DNA from: an uncultured virus (IMG/VR IMGVR_UViG_3300025087_000057)
Lineage: Duplodnaviria > Heunggongvirae > Uroviricota > Caudoviricetes
Virus record (IMG/VR): IMGVR_UViG_3300025087_000057
Length of the DNA: 64,000 nucleotides
Direction: 5' to 3' (one strand)
The position numbers and the translations under genes were made by a program. The notes beneath the pieces were generated by a model that was not told where the DNA came from, made no database searches, and worked only from the letters and a program-made list of their open reading frames with translations. Positions 52,800 through 63,700 of this stretch are shown one piece after another (within the stretch, counting starts at the first letter, position 1; the number at the start of each line of letters is the position of its first letter).

Positions 52800-54875
52800 A
52801 TGAAACGTCTATTTTTACTTTTAGCAACTTTAATTATGTTGCCAATTTTTTCGTATGCAACAGATTTTACATTGGGAGGGGGGACAGAGGACTGTAATTC
52901 TGTTACCATCAGCGCAATTGTACCAGATTCAAACTATAATGTTGATGTATATTTGAGAGTTAATGCTGCGGCCAATAACCCCGGTAGGGCAAGAGCCATT
53001 ATTTATTGGCCGACATTAAATGATTCGCTTGGTGCTGGAATTATTGTATCATCATGTTCTTTATTTGTTGATTATCAAGGGGGAACAAATGATACATTGG
53101 AGTTTGGTATTTATGGTATTTTACAATCTTGGGTGGAAACTGAAGCAACATGGAATAGCTATTCAACTGGGAATACATGGAACACTGCTGGTGCTGATGG
53201 AAGTGGAACAGATAGAACTGCAACCATATATGATTTACATACTGGCTCACAAGATACAACATCAACCGGATGGTATGCCTTTGATATAACCGAATTAGCA
53301 CAAACATGGGATAATGGTGCTGGTATATACAATGGAACCATGATAGCTGTAAGAACTGGTATGGGGGGATATGATGCCTCAACATTCTGGGCAGATGAAT
53401 GGTCAACAACAACAAGTAGACCAAAAATTAAAATTTCTTATTCGGCTGCAAATAATCATGTTCTTACGGTTGTAGACACAAACGATGTCTCTTTTACTGT
53501 AAGCGATAACTATACGGCAGGTGGAACTCCCGATTCGATGATTCTTTTTTACGATTTGGATTCAAGTGTTTACGATGGTGATACAACCCTACATACCTCT
53601 GATATAACAGACCCAGAAGAATTAACCGCCACTTCATTATCAGATAATATGTTATATTATTTCAGAACGGTATTTTATATATCCACATCTGCCGATACAT
53701 CAGAACTTGGGAGTATTACAACATTAAACACCCCATCTCACGAGCTCTCTGTTGTGGATACAAATTTAACGACATTTTCAGTAAGGAATAATTATAATGC
53801 CAATGATGTAGACACACTTTGGCTATTATGGGATACCGACGCCGACACCACAGGAAGCGATACCGCTTATATTACTACTGGGATTACGCAACCAGATACA
53901 CTTCAAGCAACAGGATTAACCGCCGCTACTGAATATAATTACTGGTTTATGTTACATGACCAACTCGGTAGAAGTTTATCAACCATGGGAACCATTACAA
54001 CATGGGCAGGTGATTCATATCCACCTGATTCCATGACCACTTTTACAATACTGTATTTATTAAGTCTTGGTTCAGATAGTTTAAGAGCTACATTGGGAAC
54101 CGTTGACTCTGCTGATTATACGAGATTAATTATTCAATACGGAACTACTATCCCAACTGATACAAACTCTGGAACAAGATGTGTTAACGCAGGGTCATGG
54201 GAAGATACAACTATTAACATAATATTTGATGCCGATACTTCGACTTGGGCATATTTTTCTGTGTTTGTACTTGATGAACAGAATAATGTTTCCGACAAAA
54301 CTGTGGATAGCGTTTATATTCCTGCATATACTGGTGGAGGAAGTTGTGATGTAACAGAATTAACAGCAAAAGTAGATTCATTATTAGGGGCAACATTCAG
54401 AGTTGGTTATGAATATATGATGGCCTCTGACACCACTGGTTTATTTACTATTACGGAAGCAAGGCTTGATTCTATGTTAAATGCCAATTTTAGGGTTGGA
54501 TATGCATACATGATGGCTTCCGATACCGAGAATATTATTTCTAATCTTGTCAATTATGACCTGACAACATTTGTTGATTCATCTGCTTATATGTTCGGGA
54601 ATGTAATGGTAATTGCAGGTGACAGTTCATTATGGGCAAGCACCGCCAACATGAGAGATAGTTTACAAGCAGAAGGGTCTTATTTGTATTATTTGGCATT
54701 AGCTCAAAGTGCTTTTCCAAGTGGAAAAAAAGTTTACTATCCGAATGACGGAACCGCTTATAAAGATAGTGTTGTCTATTTAGATAATCTTGATGTTGCT
54801 AAAATGGTTGTTAGGTTTTATCATAGCAATAATCAAAATGTTTTAGACACAAGTACCACAGTATTACCAGAATAG
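52800..54875 (+). CDS. secreted DNRLRE-like domain plus FN3-like repeat protein
   Basis: Signal peptide (…FSYA/T); WVETEATWN...W..AG, WYAFDIT, RPKIKISY; FN3 repeats homologous to those of the previous gene. Confidence 0.7.
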   Translation: MKRLFLLLATLIMLPIFSYATDFTLGGGTEDCNSVTISAIVPDSNYNVDVYLRVNAAANNPGRARAIIYWPTLNDSLGAGIIVSSCSLFVDYQGGTNDTLEFGIYGILQSWVETEATWNSYSTGNTWNTAGADGSGTDRTATIYDLHTGSQDTTSTGWYAFDITELAQTWDNGAGIYNGTMIAVRTGMGGYDASTFWADEWSTTTSRPKIKISYSAANNHVLTVVDTNDVSFTVSDNYTAGGTPDSMILFYDLDSSVYDGDTTLHTSDITDPEELTATSLSDNMLYYFRTVFYISTSADTSELGSITTLNTPSHELSVVDTNLTTFSVRNNYNANDVDTLWLLWDTDADTTGSDTAYITTGITQPDTLQATGLTAATEYNYWFMLHDQLGRSLSTMGTITTWAGDSYPPDSMTTFTILYLLSLGSDSLRATLGTVDSADYTRLIIQYGTTIPTDTNSGTRCVNAGSWEDTTINIIFDADTSTWAYFSVFVLDEQNNVSDKTVDSVYIPAYTGGGSCDVTELTAKVDSLLGATFRVGYEYMMASDTTGLFTITEARLDSMLNANFRVGYAYMMASDTENIISNLVNYDLTTFVDSSAYMFGNVMVIAGDSSLWASTANMRDSLQAEGSYLYYLALAQSAFPSGKKVYYPNDGTAYKDSVVYLDNLDVAKMVVRFYHSNNQNVLDTSTTVLPE

Positions 54876-54884
54876 TAGGTTAAA

Positions 54885-55667
54885 ATGGGTATTGATGATT
54901 TTTCTCCAACTCCAGGTTGGGATTGGGATTTCCATCCAGTTTTTATGGATGGAACTCTCGATAGTGAAAATAAAAATATAATATTTATCGTTAGTGATTA
55001 CACTAAAGATGATTCAAATCCATCAAGAAATATAATATTTAATGTCAAAGAAAATTCCAATGACAACAAAAATATTATATTTGTCGGTAAAGATGTATAT
55101 AATTACGACAGAAATATTATATTCGAATCAGCTTACCTTTACAATATATCAAGAAACATAACATTTATAACAAAAGATTATAATAATACAAACAGAACAA
55201 TAATATTCAATTCTGGTGAAATTGATAATACCTCAAGAAACCTAATATTCCATGGAAGTGATATTTCTAATGTTGACAGAACAACTGTATTCACTGTTAA
55301 GGATACCGAGAATATAAGTAGAGATATTATATTTGTTTCTTGGATTTTTGAGAATGTATTAAGTAATGTAATTTTTCATACTAAAGACATTTCAAATGAA
55401 ACAAAAAATATAATATTTACGGGAACATATCCCCACATAGAAGTCGATGTTATTTTTAAGACCAAATCAACTGATTCAGGCACAAGCAATATTATATTAA
55501 TAACGCAAGACTTACATTATACAGCTCGTTCTATTATTATGAACACAGTGGAGGGAGATAGTGCGACAAGAAATATTATATTTCGTGGAAGAGAATTTTT
55601 GGCCGGAGGTGGTATTATTGTGGTTCCAAGGCATAAGAATATGAGAAGAAAAAGAAAAGTACTATAA
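54885..55667 (+). CDS. 14-aa repeat protein, paralog of 46545-49325
   Basis: About 15 RNIIF-type repeats; AGGG motif and basic tail. Confidence 0.75.
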   Translation: MGIDDFSPTPGWDWDFHPVFMDGTLDSENKNIIFIVSDYTKDDSNPSRNIIFNVKENSNDNKNIIFVGKDVYNYDRNIIFESAYLYNISRNITFITKDYNNTNRTIIFNSGEIDNTSRNLIFHGSDISNVDRTTVFTVKDTENISRDIIFVSWIFENVLSNVIFHTKDISNETKNIIFTGTYPHIEVDVIFKTKSTDSGTSNIILITQDLHYTARSIIMNTVEGDSATRNIIFRGREFLAGGGIIVVPRHKNMRRKRKVL

Positions 55668-55763
55668 ACGGTTGTTATTCAAGATGTTATGTTGATAATT
55701 TTGTTATTAAATGTTTTTTAGGCTAAAAACCCTAAAAAATATGTATATAGAGTAGGAGGTAAT

Positions 55764-56570
55764 GTGAATTATAATAATGATGGACTGCAAGTTATATTAT
55801 TAGACAAAGCGGAAACAATTTATAGGGAATTCCGCGATGCCGACAATCAAAAAACTGACCCGGTTTCTCCTATAGTCAGAGTATACGACCCTTCTGGCGT
55901 AAGGGTTGTTTCGGCGGCTCCGACTAAAGAAACAACTGGTGTCTATTACTACACCATGTCTCTTGCCTCTTCTTATGCAGAGGGAATTTATCAGGCATAT
56001 TGGGAAGGGACAATTAATGGTCAGTTCGTTACCATGGATGTTCCCCAATATCTGGCCGTTCAAAAAGTTCCATGGCAGATGGGGTTGTCTTCAGAACTTG
56101 TTAATTCTGTAAGAAGGATGATAGGGGATACCAATCCGAACAATTATAGGATATCAACCCAAGATATTTATTTTTATATAGCTGATGCTGTCGATGCCGT
56201 TCAGATGGAGTATAACATGGGATATACGGCAACCGTAACACCAACCTCTCTTTCTATAGTAAAATCTGACGGAACTGCGCCAACGGCTTTAGCGAAATCA
56301 TTATTTAAGATAAAGTGTGCCGAGATTATCTTAACCGGAGTTTTATTTGATGTTTTATTCGATGGAGCTAATATTAACGTAGCTGATATTAGAATCAATA
56401 TGAGAGATACCATATCAGGAAGAAAGTCTTTAAGGGATTCTCTCAGAAGTGAATTTAGTGCCATGTTAAAACAAATAAAAATGAATGCTTATTCAGGTGG
56501 TTCAATCGTAGACAATTATGGATATAATAAATATGGAGCATCATATGTTACCCCCGGAGACACTCCATGA
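55764..56570 (+). CDS. head-tail adaptor with N-terminal Ig-like domain
   Basis: VYDPSG...TGVYYY...GIYQAYW, then VRRMIGD. Confidence 0.6.
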   Translation: MNYNNDGLQVILLDKAETIYREFRDADNQKTDPVSPIVRVYDPSGVRVVSAAPTKETTGVYYYTMSLASSYAEGIYQAYWEGTINGQFVTMDVPQYLAVQKVPWQMGLSSELVNSVRRMIGDTNPNNYRISTQDIYFYIADAVDAVQMEYNMGYTATVTPTSLSIVKSDGTAPTALAKSLFKIKCAEIILTGVLFDVLFDGANINVADIRINMRDTISGRKSLRDSLRSEFSAMLKQIKMNAYSGGSIVDNYGYNKYGASYVTPGDTP

Positions 56571-57046
56571 GTAAAGATTCCATAGAAAGAACTTTCATAA
56601 GACAGGTCACTGGATTAATTGATGAATACGGTAAACCGATAGAAATACAATTTCACAGTTCATATAATTGTTCTTATTGTACGGTTAATCCGATTACTCA
56701 TGAAAGTTTAAATCCTTATTGTACAACCTGTAATGGAACCGGAAAATATACTGTTTCAACATCCTATTATATAAACGGAATTGTAAACAATTTTATAGGT
56801 AATCCTAATTTTATTTTATATGGCAATGAAACTTATAACCTAATTCCAGAAGGTAGAGCAAGAGTTACCTGTTGGTTAAATGATGTTTTAGTTGATGACC
56901 ATTCTACCGGGGGAAAGACGTATCTCGATAGTGCCGATGCTGTTGTTATTTATAATAACACTTATACTGTAAAAAATTATCAAAGAACAGGAATAAACAA
57001 GGCAAGAGTTGCTGTAATTAATCTTGAATTAAAGGAAGGGGATTAG
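56567..57046 (+). CDS. head closure/neck protein
   Basis: CSYC...CTTCNGTG Zn motif; position. Confidence 0.55.
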   Translation: MSKDSIERTFIRQVTGLIDEYGKPIEIQFHSSYNCSYCTVNPITHESLNPYCTTCNGTGKYTVSTSYYINGIVNNFIGNPNFILYGNETYNLIPEGRARVTCWLNDVLVDDHSTGGKTYLDSADAVVIYNNTYTVKNYQRTGINKARVAVINLELKEGD

Positions 57047-57047
57047 A

Positions 57048-57251
57048 ATGAATGGAGAAATGGAAAATGTTGTTTTCCAGAGTATGGAAAATATGAAGAA
57101 TATAGCGTTAAAAAATATATTAAATATGGTTGACGTTATTTTAGACCCAGAGGAAAGATTCAGCAGGAGAAGAGAAAAACTTCGCAAAACAATAATGGAT
57201 GAGATTAACAATCTCTACCGTTACTTTTTGGGGGAGCAAAGTGAGCGTTAA
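57048..57251 (+). CDS. small conserved phage protein
   Basis: LRKTIMDEINNLYR. Confidence 0.55.
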   Translation: MNGEMENVVFQSMENMKNIALKNILNMVDVILDPEERFSRRREKLRKTIMDEINNLYRYFLGEQSER

Positions 57252-57828
57252 AATAACCAGTGGTGGGAGACACGCAAAAGTTCAAGTTGAACTTGGTAAG
57301 TTGGGTAAGTTTGCCGAAATTATAAAAGAAAAGTTTAATTCCAGAGACAGCAATGCCATGGGAGGGTTTCTTGATACATTCGGGAAGAAGATTGTTAGTG
57401 CTGTTGTTGAAAGATATGTCATGACAGCCAGCACTTCTGAAGATATGATGAAAAGAAGAATGAAATTGTATGGCTCTATAAATCCTTTAGATGGATTACT
57501 TGGAAGACAGATAAACTATTCCGAATATTCAAAAATTGACAATGGATGGGAATTAATTATAGGCAATCCGACTTTATATCCACTTGGTCAGGGGGCTCCT
57601 TTTTATTCTATTTTCCAAGAGGGTGGAACCAAAGGGTCACCTATGACCCCATATGTTTTGGGGCAAAAAATAGATAAGGCAACGGGAACGATTGTCAATA
57701 TTATGCATCCAGGATTACCAAACAGGGAATTTTTATTAACTGGATTTATTTTTGGATTACAAAATGTTGGGAATGATATTAGTGCTGAGATAAAAAGATG
57801 GATTAATGAGGCGAGTAACATAAAATGA
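57241..57828 (+). CDS. tail completion protein (HK97 gp10-like)
   Basis: APFYSIFQEGGT...MHPGLPNREFL; GTG start. Confidence 0.6.
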   Translation: MSVKITSGGRHAKVQVELGKLGKFAEIIKEKFNSRDSNAMGGFLDTFGKKIVSAVVERYVMTASTSEDMMKRRMKLYGSINPLDGLLGRQINYSEYSKIDNGWELIIGNPTLYPLGQGAPFYSIFQEGGTKGSPMTPYVLGQKIDKATGTIVNIMHPGLPNREFLLTGFIFGLQNVGNDISAEIKRWINEASNIK

Positions 57829-58316
57829 AAATAACCAATAGTGCAAAAATGTCTATTATATATTACATCATGGAACTTATGGAAGACTTCGGATTTGTAC
57901 ATGGGAGATATACCGTTATTGACTCCTATCCGAACATTCAAACCGATTCTCCTGTATTCCCTTTAATAACAGTCGGGAGTCCGTACAGGTCTTCTGTCCC
58001 TGTTCAATTAAGTTCAAGACCATGTATAGAGATAAGGGTTGCAATAGATGTTTTTGCTAATAGCGAAGCACAGAAAAGTGATATAGTTGATTTGTTACAA
58101 GAAAATATTGTTGATAAATATTTGACTGTATACAATTTTAGTACTGGATTCCCTTCTGCGGTTGGTGTTTATACCGGAATATCGAATTATGGTAAGATGC
58201 TTGTTAAGGGATTTTCGTCTGTTGATATGCCATCATCTAAATTTGAAAAAATAGAACAAGAAAAATATCACGAAATGATAATAATAACAATACAATTACC
58301 AATAAATAGCCTTTGA
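57825..58316 (+). CDS. tail terminator
   Basis: FPLITVG...IDVFANS; position before the tail tube. Confidence 0.65.
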   Translation: MKITNSAKMSIIYYIMELMEDFGFVHGRYTVIDSYPNIQTDSPVFPLITVGSPYRSSVPVQLSSRPCIEIRVAIDVFANSEAQKSDIVDLLQENIVDKYLTVYNFSTGFPSAVGVYTGISNYGKMLVKGFSSVDMPSSKFEKIEQEKYHEMIIITIQLPINSL

Positions 58317-58330
58317 AAGGAGGAATTGGA

Positions 58331-59731
58331 ATGACCGAAAATATCAAATACACAAGGGTTGCACTTACCATTGATGGTGTTCAAGCCCATCGTGTACAAA
58401 ACCTAGGAAGCTCTGGAGATATTCCCACCGAAAAACTAAAGGAATTAACTAATAGAGGTTCTACAGAAATTAGAACAAGTCTTCCTGCAATCAATGTTAC
58501 TATAGATACCAACGATATCGGTTCTACCGACACACTGGCGTTAGTTTCCGATAAGATGATAGATAAAACATTGGCTACGGAGACAAATGGCCCAAGGGGT
58601 GGGTTTTTCAGAAATTATATTAAAAATGCTTCATCTAATGCTACCGAGAGAACAATTACCGCAGATGATTTGCTTGATTGCTATTGTGATTTTATGATTC
58701 CTATTACTGAAGACGGAACCAACATCACAAGGGCGGCTTGGATTCATCGTGCCTCGATTAGTGGTTTATCGTGGAGTTATGATGTTAATGGATACGCATC
58801 CGAAAACTATTCGTTCACTGCCGATAACAAAAGGTGGTTCTTGAATGACTGGAAAGTTGCCAGAGTTTATAAACCCCACAATGTGGCTCAGAAGCATTCC
58901 GGTGATGCTACTACCCAAACTTGGAATAATATGGCATCGGCAGTTCCTGATGGTTCAAAAATTCTTTATTATTGTAAGAACGAACATATTTATAGAAACT
59001 CAAAAGCTGGATACGGAAGTGGAACAGTTGAAATTTCCACCGCAGGAACATACAATGGTGTTGTTCATGCTGGTCAGATATGGGTTTCAACAAGTGGTGT
59101 TACACTAAACACCGCAGCTTCAACTGACGATGTTTACTTCGTATATGTTTGTACTGCCGCCGCAGCTTCGGCATGGGCAGAGGGAACAAAAGGCACAAAG
59201 GGTGTCGGTTACGATATCGTTTCTACATCTGGTTCTTTCGGTGGTATTACAAGAGAATACTTAGCAGCCTACTTATATAACACAGGTGGTCCTATCGGTG
59301 ATACGGCTCTTCCATCAGAACCTACCTTACGTTTACAATCTGTTAATATCGATTATTCTGCTACCGATGAAGAGTTGGTTCAGTTATCATACAAACGTAG
59401 ATATGGTTATAGTAGGATTGACCCCGTTTTTACAATTACTGTTTCTGCTAATGATTCAGATTTAGATATGTTCGCAAGAGCTTGTGCTACTTCTGATGCT
59501 TCAGCCAAGACCATTAGTATGGATGATTTCACAAGAACCAATAAATTGGTTGTTAAAACCTATAAAGATGAAAACAGAACACAACTTGTCAGAACCATGA
59601 CAATTTCTGATTTAGCGGTGTCGAGTGAGAATTGGAATGTTAGTGTTGGAGGTAACGCATCACAAGAATTTACATTCACTGCCGATAACATTTCTGTTGT
59701 TGGTAATGACGTAAGTTTAACTGGATATTAA
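58331..59731 (+). CDS. major tail (tube) protein with insertion domain
   Basis: Internally duplicated halves (RVQNL/RLQSV; ENYSFTADN/QEFTFTADN); followed by a hairpin. Confidence 0.7.
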   Translation: MTENIKYTRVALTIDGVQAHRVQNLGSSGDIPTEKLKELTNRGSTEIRTSLPAINVTIDTNDIGSTDTLALVSDKMIDKTLATETNGPRGGFFRNYIKNASSNATERTITADDLLDCYCDFMIPITEDGTNITRAAWIHRASISGLSWSYDVNGYASENYSFTADNKRWFLNDWKVARVYKPHNVAQKHSGDATTQTWNNMASAVPDGSKILYYCKNEHIYRNSKAGYGSGTVEISTAGTYNGVVHAGQIWVSTSGVTLNTAASTDDVYFVYVCTAAAASAWAEGTKGTKGVGYDIVSTSGSFGGITREYLAAYLYNTGGPIGDTALPSEPTLRLQSVNIDYSATDEELVQLSYKRRYGYSRIDPVFTITVSANDSDLDMFARACATSDASAKTISMDDFTRTNKLVVKTYKDENRTQLVRTMTISDLAVSSENWNVSVGGNASQEFTFTADNISVVGNDVSLTGY

Positions 59732-59736
59732 AAATA

Positions 59737-59753
59737 GGGGGGAATAACCCCCC
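59737..59753 (+). terminator. hairpin after the major tail gene
   Basis: GGGGGG-AATAA-CCCCCC. Confidence 0.45.
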
Positions 59754-59772
59754 ATTATAACGGAGGAAAGTA

Positions 59773-60504
59773 ATGGACGGGAAAAACGATAATTCCGGTA
59801 TTATGGCAAAGGTAGAACAGGAATTGCTTCAAAAATTCAGAATTATTCATTTATCAAAATTCAAAGATAAAGAAAATTTTGATGTTTATATTCATCTACC
59901 TAATGTTGAAGAACAAACATTAATATCTGATTATTATTCACAAATCTTCAATAATCTTTTAATTGACCCCAATAATAAATTACTTACAGAAAAAAGAATG
60001 GTAGAAGTTCTTAAAGAAAAGGGGATATGGACTAAGAGAGATGACGAAGAAATGGAGAGCCTAAGAAAGCAACTTACCAATCTTGAGATTGATATTCTGG
60101 AATACAAAAGACATAATAATAACAAAGAAGTTATTGAAAAATTTGAAGAAGATTATAATAATCTTAGAAATAAAGTCATAGACAAGGCTATGCAAAAAGA
60201 GGGGTTTTTATCACATACTATTGATAAAAAAGCTGAATCTAAATCAAGAATGTATCAAATAGTCCTATGTGTTAAAGACTCCGATGGAAATCAATTATGG
60301 AAAACGATAGATGAACTTGGGAAAGAAAATAGTACCGCAGGTGTCGCAGAGATAATCGCTGAAAGTCAATTGTTTTACAGTGGCTTAAGCAAGGAGGTAC
60401 TACAGTGGCTCCCGAAGCGATTATTCGAACAGGATGATACTTCGGGAGCGATACCCTTGGAAGAATTGCAAGAAAACCAAGATGGCAAAGAGCCTACAGT
60501 ATAA
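59773..60504 (+). CDS. tail assembly chaperone (G-like)
   Basis: Between tail tube and tape measure. Confidence 0.65.
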   Translation: MDGKNDNSGIMAKVEQELLQKFRIIHLSKFKDKENFDVYIHLPNVEEQTLISDYYSQIFNNLLIDPNNKLLTEKRMVEVLKEKGIWTKRDDEEMESLRKQLTNLEIDILEYKRHNNNKEVIEKFEEDYNNLRNKVIDKAMQKEGFLSHTIDKKAESKSRMYQIVLCVKDSDGNQLWKTIDELGKENSTAGVAEIIAESQLFYSGLSKEVLQWLPKRLFEQDDTSGAIPLEELQENQDGKEPTV

Positions 60505-60764
60505 GTGAGGCTCTCCACTCTCCGATGTTTCCGGGGGCTGTTTCTCAATGGAGTGAGGAACAAATAATCTTTGTCCATCTTTGTGGGTATTACCACAATA
60601 TAATGAATGAAGACAAGAAACCCGATGATTATACATTTGCTCATGATGTTTTGTTAGAAAGATGGGTTGATAATAAAAAGAAACAGGAAAAGAGCAAAAA
60701 AGGGAACGGAAGACAGGGAAGACATAGTGCTTCCAATCACGCTGAAATTATAGAATTTGGGTAA
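60438..60764 (+). CDS. tail assembly chaperone second part (T-like), -1 frame
   Basis: The -1 frame is open from 60438 and overlaps the end of the previous ORF. Confidence 0.55.
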   Translation, partial: YFGSDTLGRIARKPRWQRAYSISEALHSPMFPGAVSQWSEEQIIFVHLCGYYHNIMNEDKKPDDYTFAHDVLLERWVDNKKKQEKSKKGNGRQGRHSASNHAEIIEFG

Positions 60765-60769
60765 TGAAT

Positions 60770-63700
60770 ATGGCAGATTTGACACAAATGATTCGATTTA
60801 TTTTTCAGGCTGAAAACTCCGAGGCTGTTATCTTAAAGTTACAACAAATAGAGGGAGCTGTCGGTAGTTTTGCCGGAATTGTCGGGGCAGACTTAAATAA
60901 TGCTATTGATAGAGTTATTATAGGTGCGAAAAAACTTGCACATGGGCTTGGTAAGGGAGAGGGTATATCAGAAGCTGCCCAAAAAATAAAAGAATTAAAA
61001 ATTCAATATATGGAACTCATTGCCGTATTTAATAAAAATAAAGGCAACGCCGCTTTCCCCAAAGAACAGATGATTGATAAAATATATCAATTATCATCAG
61101 CTATCAATAAAGCAGAATCAAATTTTGTAAAAATATCAAAATCAATGATTTCAGCAAGAACTGACGCCGAAAAAATAGGTACATCGTTTGCCACAGCCGG
61201 GACAAAAGTAAGTGGATTTAGGGGTATGGTTAATGAGGCAAGGGCTTCATTGGAAAAAATGGGTGGTGCTCAAACTAATCTAAATACAAGTCTTGATAAT
61301 GCTATTGGAAAATTAATTAAATATCGTCTTACTTATTTAATTTTCAGAAAAGCCGTCGACGCTGCCAAAGAATCATTAGAAACATTTGCTACTGTTAATA
61401 CTCAATTAGCTCAATTAGAAAAAGTATTAGACCCTGCCACGAGTAATATCGAAGAATTAAGAGATGCTTCATTTGCTCTTGGAGAAGAATTTTCTGTTTC
61501 CGCAGAAAAGGTTTTAAAGGCTTTTGTTATATGGGCGCAGGTAGGTCTTTCTCAACAAGAGGTACTGGAAGCAACAAGAACTACTCTTGTTGGTGTTAAT
61601 GCAATAGGTTTCGATACCGTTGAAATGACCGAAGCATTAACCTCTGTTATGTTTACATATGGTATAGAAGTCCAAAATACTATGCAATATGTAAATGAAT
61701 GGATGAGAGTTCAAGCCAAATTCCCAACTTCTGCACAGGATTTAGCAGGAGCATTAAAGGCTGTTGGTTCGGCTGCAAAAGAAGTCGGCGTAGATTTAAC
61801 TGAATTAAGTGGATATGTTGTAGCCATAAATGCCATTACAAGAAAATCAGGTACTGCTATCGGTCAATCACTAAAAACAATGTTTGCTCGTATGGTTAAA
61901 CCTGAATACATAGCATTATTACAAGACGTTGGTATCGCGGTCAAGGCTAATGCAGATGAATTTAGGGATATTGATGACGTTTTAGATGAACTTTCTGAAA
62001 AGTGGAGCACTCTTACTGGTGTCCAAAAAACAAATATAGCTCAACAGGCTGGTGGAATAAGAAGATATGTAGATTTCTTGGCTTTGATGGATGCCTATGC
62101 ATTAAAACAACAAGCTATCGTAGAGGCTCATCTTACTACTGATGAAGCTTTTAAGGCTTCAGATATAGAAGTTGCCACTTATACCAAACAGATGGAAGCA
62201 CTAAAAGTCACTATGTCTGATTTCGGAGAAGTGTTTGGTAAAGAATTGGCTGTAGGGATTATTGATGTTATTCAATCTTTAGCGGCAATATTAAAAATCC
62301 TTAAACCACTGGCTCCTTTGTTTGGTGCTATTATTAGGGTTGGTGGTTCAATGGCATTGATTTTTGGTACAATAAAAATAGCTGCTGCTGCATGGGGATT
62401 GATTCAAAGGCAGGTTACTATAGCATTAGCACAATCAACTGTTGCGGTATCAAGTCATAGTGCTGCCGTGTTGGGATTAGCAGGAGTCACTACTACTGCT
62501 ACTGGTGCAAATATCGGATTTGCTGCATCAATTAGGGCAGTTATGGGAGCACTTGGTCCTATAGCACTTGCTCTATCTTTAGTAGGTGGAGCTATTGCTA
62601 CATATTACTCATTAGCAAGAGACTCTAATGAAACATTTAGAGCCCATGCTAAATACACCCAGATAGATATAGAAGCTTTAACAAAAAATATAAAAGCAAG
62701 AAGAGCTCAGAACGATATTATTGACGAATCTGTTTCTCAATTTGAAATTCTTGCAAAAAAATATCAAACTTTAAAATCATTAGGTAAAGACATCACAGAA
62801 ACAGAAAAACAAATGAGTGTACAGGGAGATTTACTAAGTAGTATTAATACCGATTTGGCTATATCGGTTGACAGAATTATACGTTCTTTGGATGTAGGAA
62901 AAATAGCATTTGACGCATTATACGAAGCAGCAACAAGAACGAAGGGAATAAATCAATCTTTAGCCAATGAAAATGAAAAAATATTAGCATCTAATAAAAA
63001 AGTTTTCGAACTAACTTATGATACTAAAAAAGCTTCACTAGAAGCATCTATAAACGGTTTACAAAAAGCAGAAGAAGATATCATCAAAGCTATTGAATCT
63101 CCTGATATTTCTATATTAAAAGACAGACCCGTTGCATTAAATATAGACGATATGAATGATGCCGCAAAGGAACTATTAACTTTTAAATTAAAGTTCCTAA
63201 AGGAATTTTCTCCCTTTTTGTCAAAAGCAGAAGTAGACGAAATTAACGGAAGATTTGATGAAGTCGGAAAGGGAATAGAAACATTTGCATCTGATATAAG
63301 CTATGTATATAAAACACTTAATCTCCAAGATTATGAAAATTTACCATTAGAGGAATTATTTAAGGTTGACCCAAATACAGCAATAAAAGCAGAGGAAACA
63401 ATTAAAAAATTTAAATCAGATGCAATAATTATGTTCGGTGATTTATATACGGGTGTTTCAGATAAATATAAAGAAGATTCAGAGGCTTTGGATAAATTAA
63501 TAAAACAAAAGAATATTTTCGCTTCTTTGGAGGCTATAGAAGCTCCAACAGCTATCCCAACAAAATTTTATGAGATACCATTAAGTGGATTAGATGAATT
63601 AAAAACAAAATTGCAACAAACTGTCGGTGATGTTCAATTGATGGGAGATTCTGTTGGTAGATTAATCAAATATAATGAACAAATGGGGAGTTCAGCCAAA

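Noticed and set aside
46545..55667. Diversity-generating retroelement or CRISPR-like repeat explanation for the repeats
   Set aside because: The repeats are degenerate, in-frame and protein-level; no reverse transcriptase or adenine-specific TR/VR pair seen
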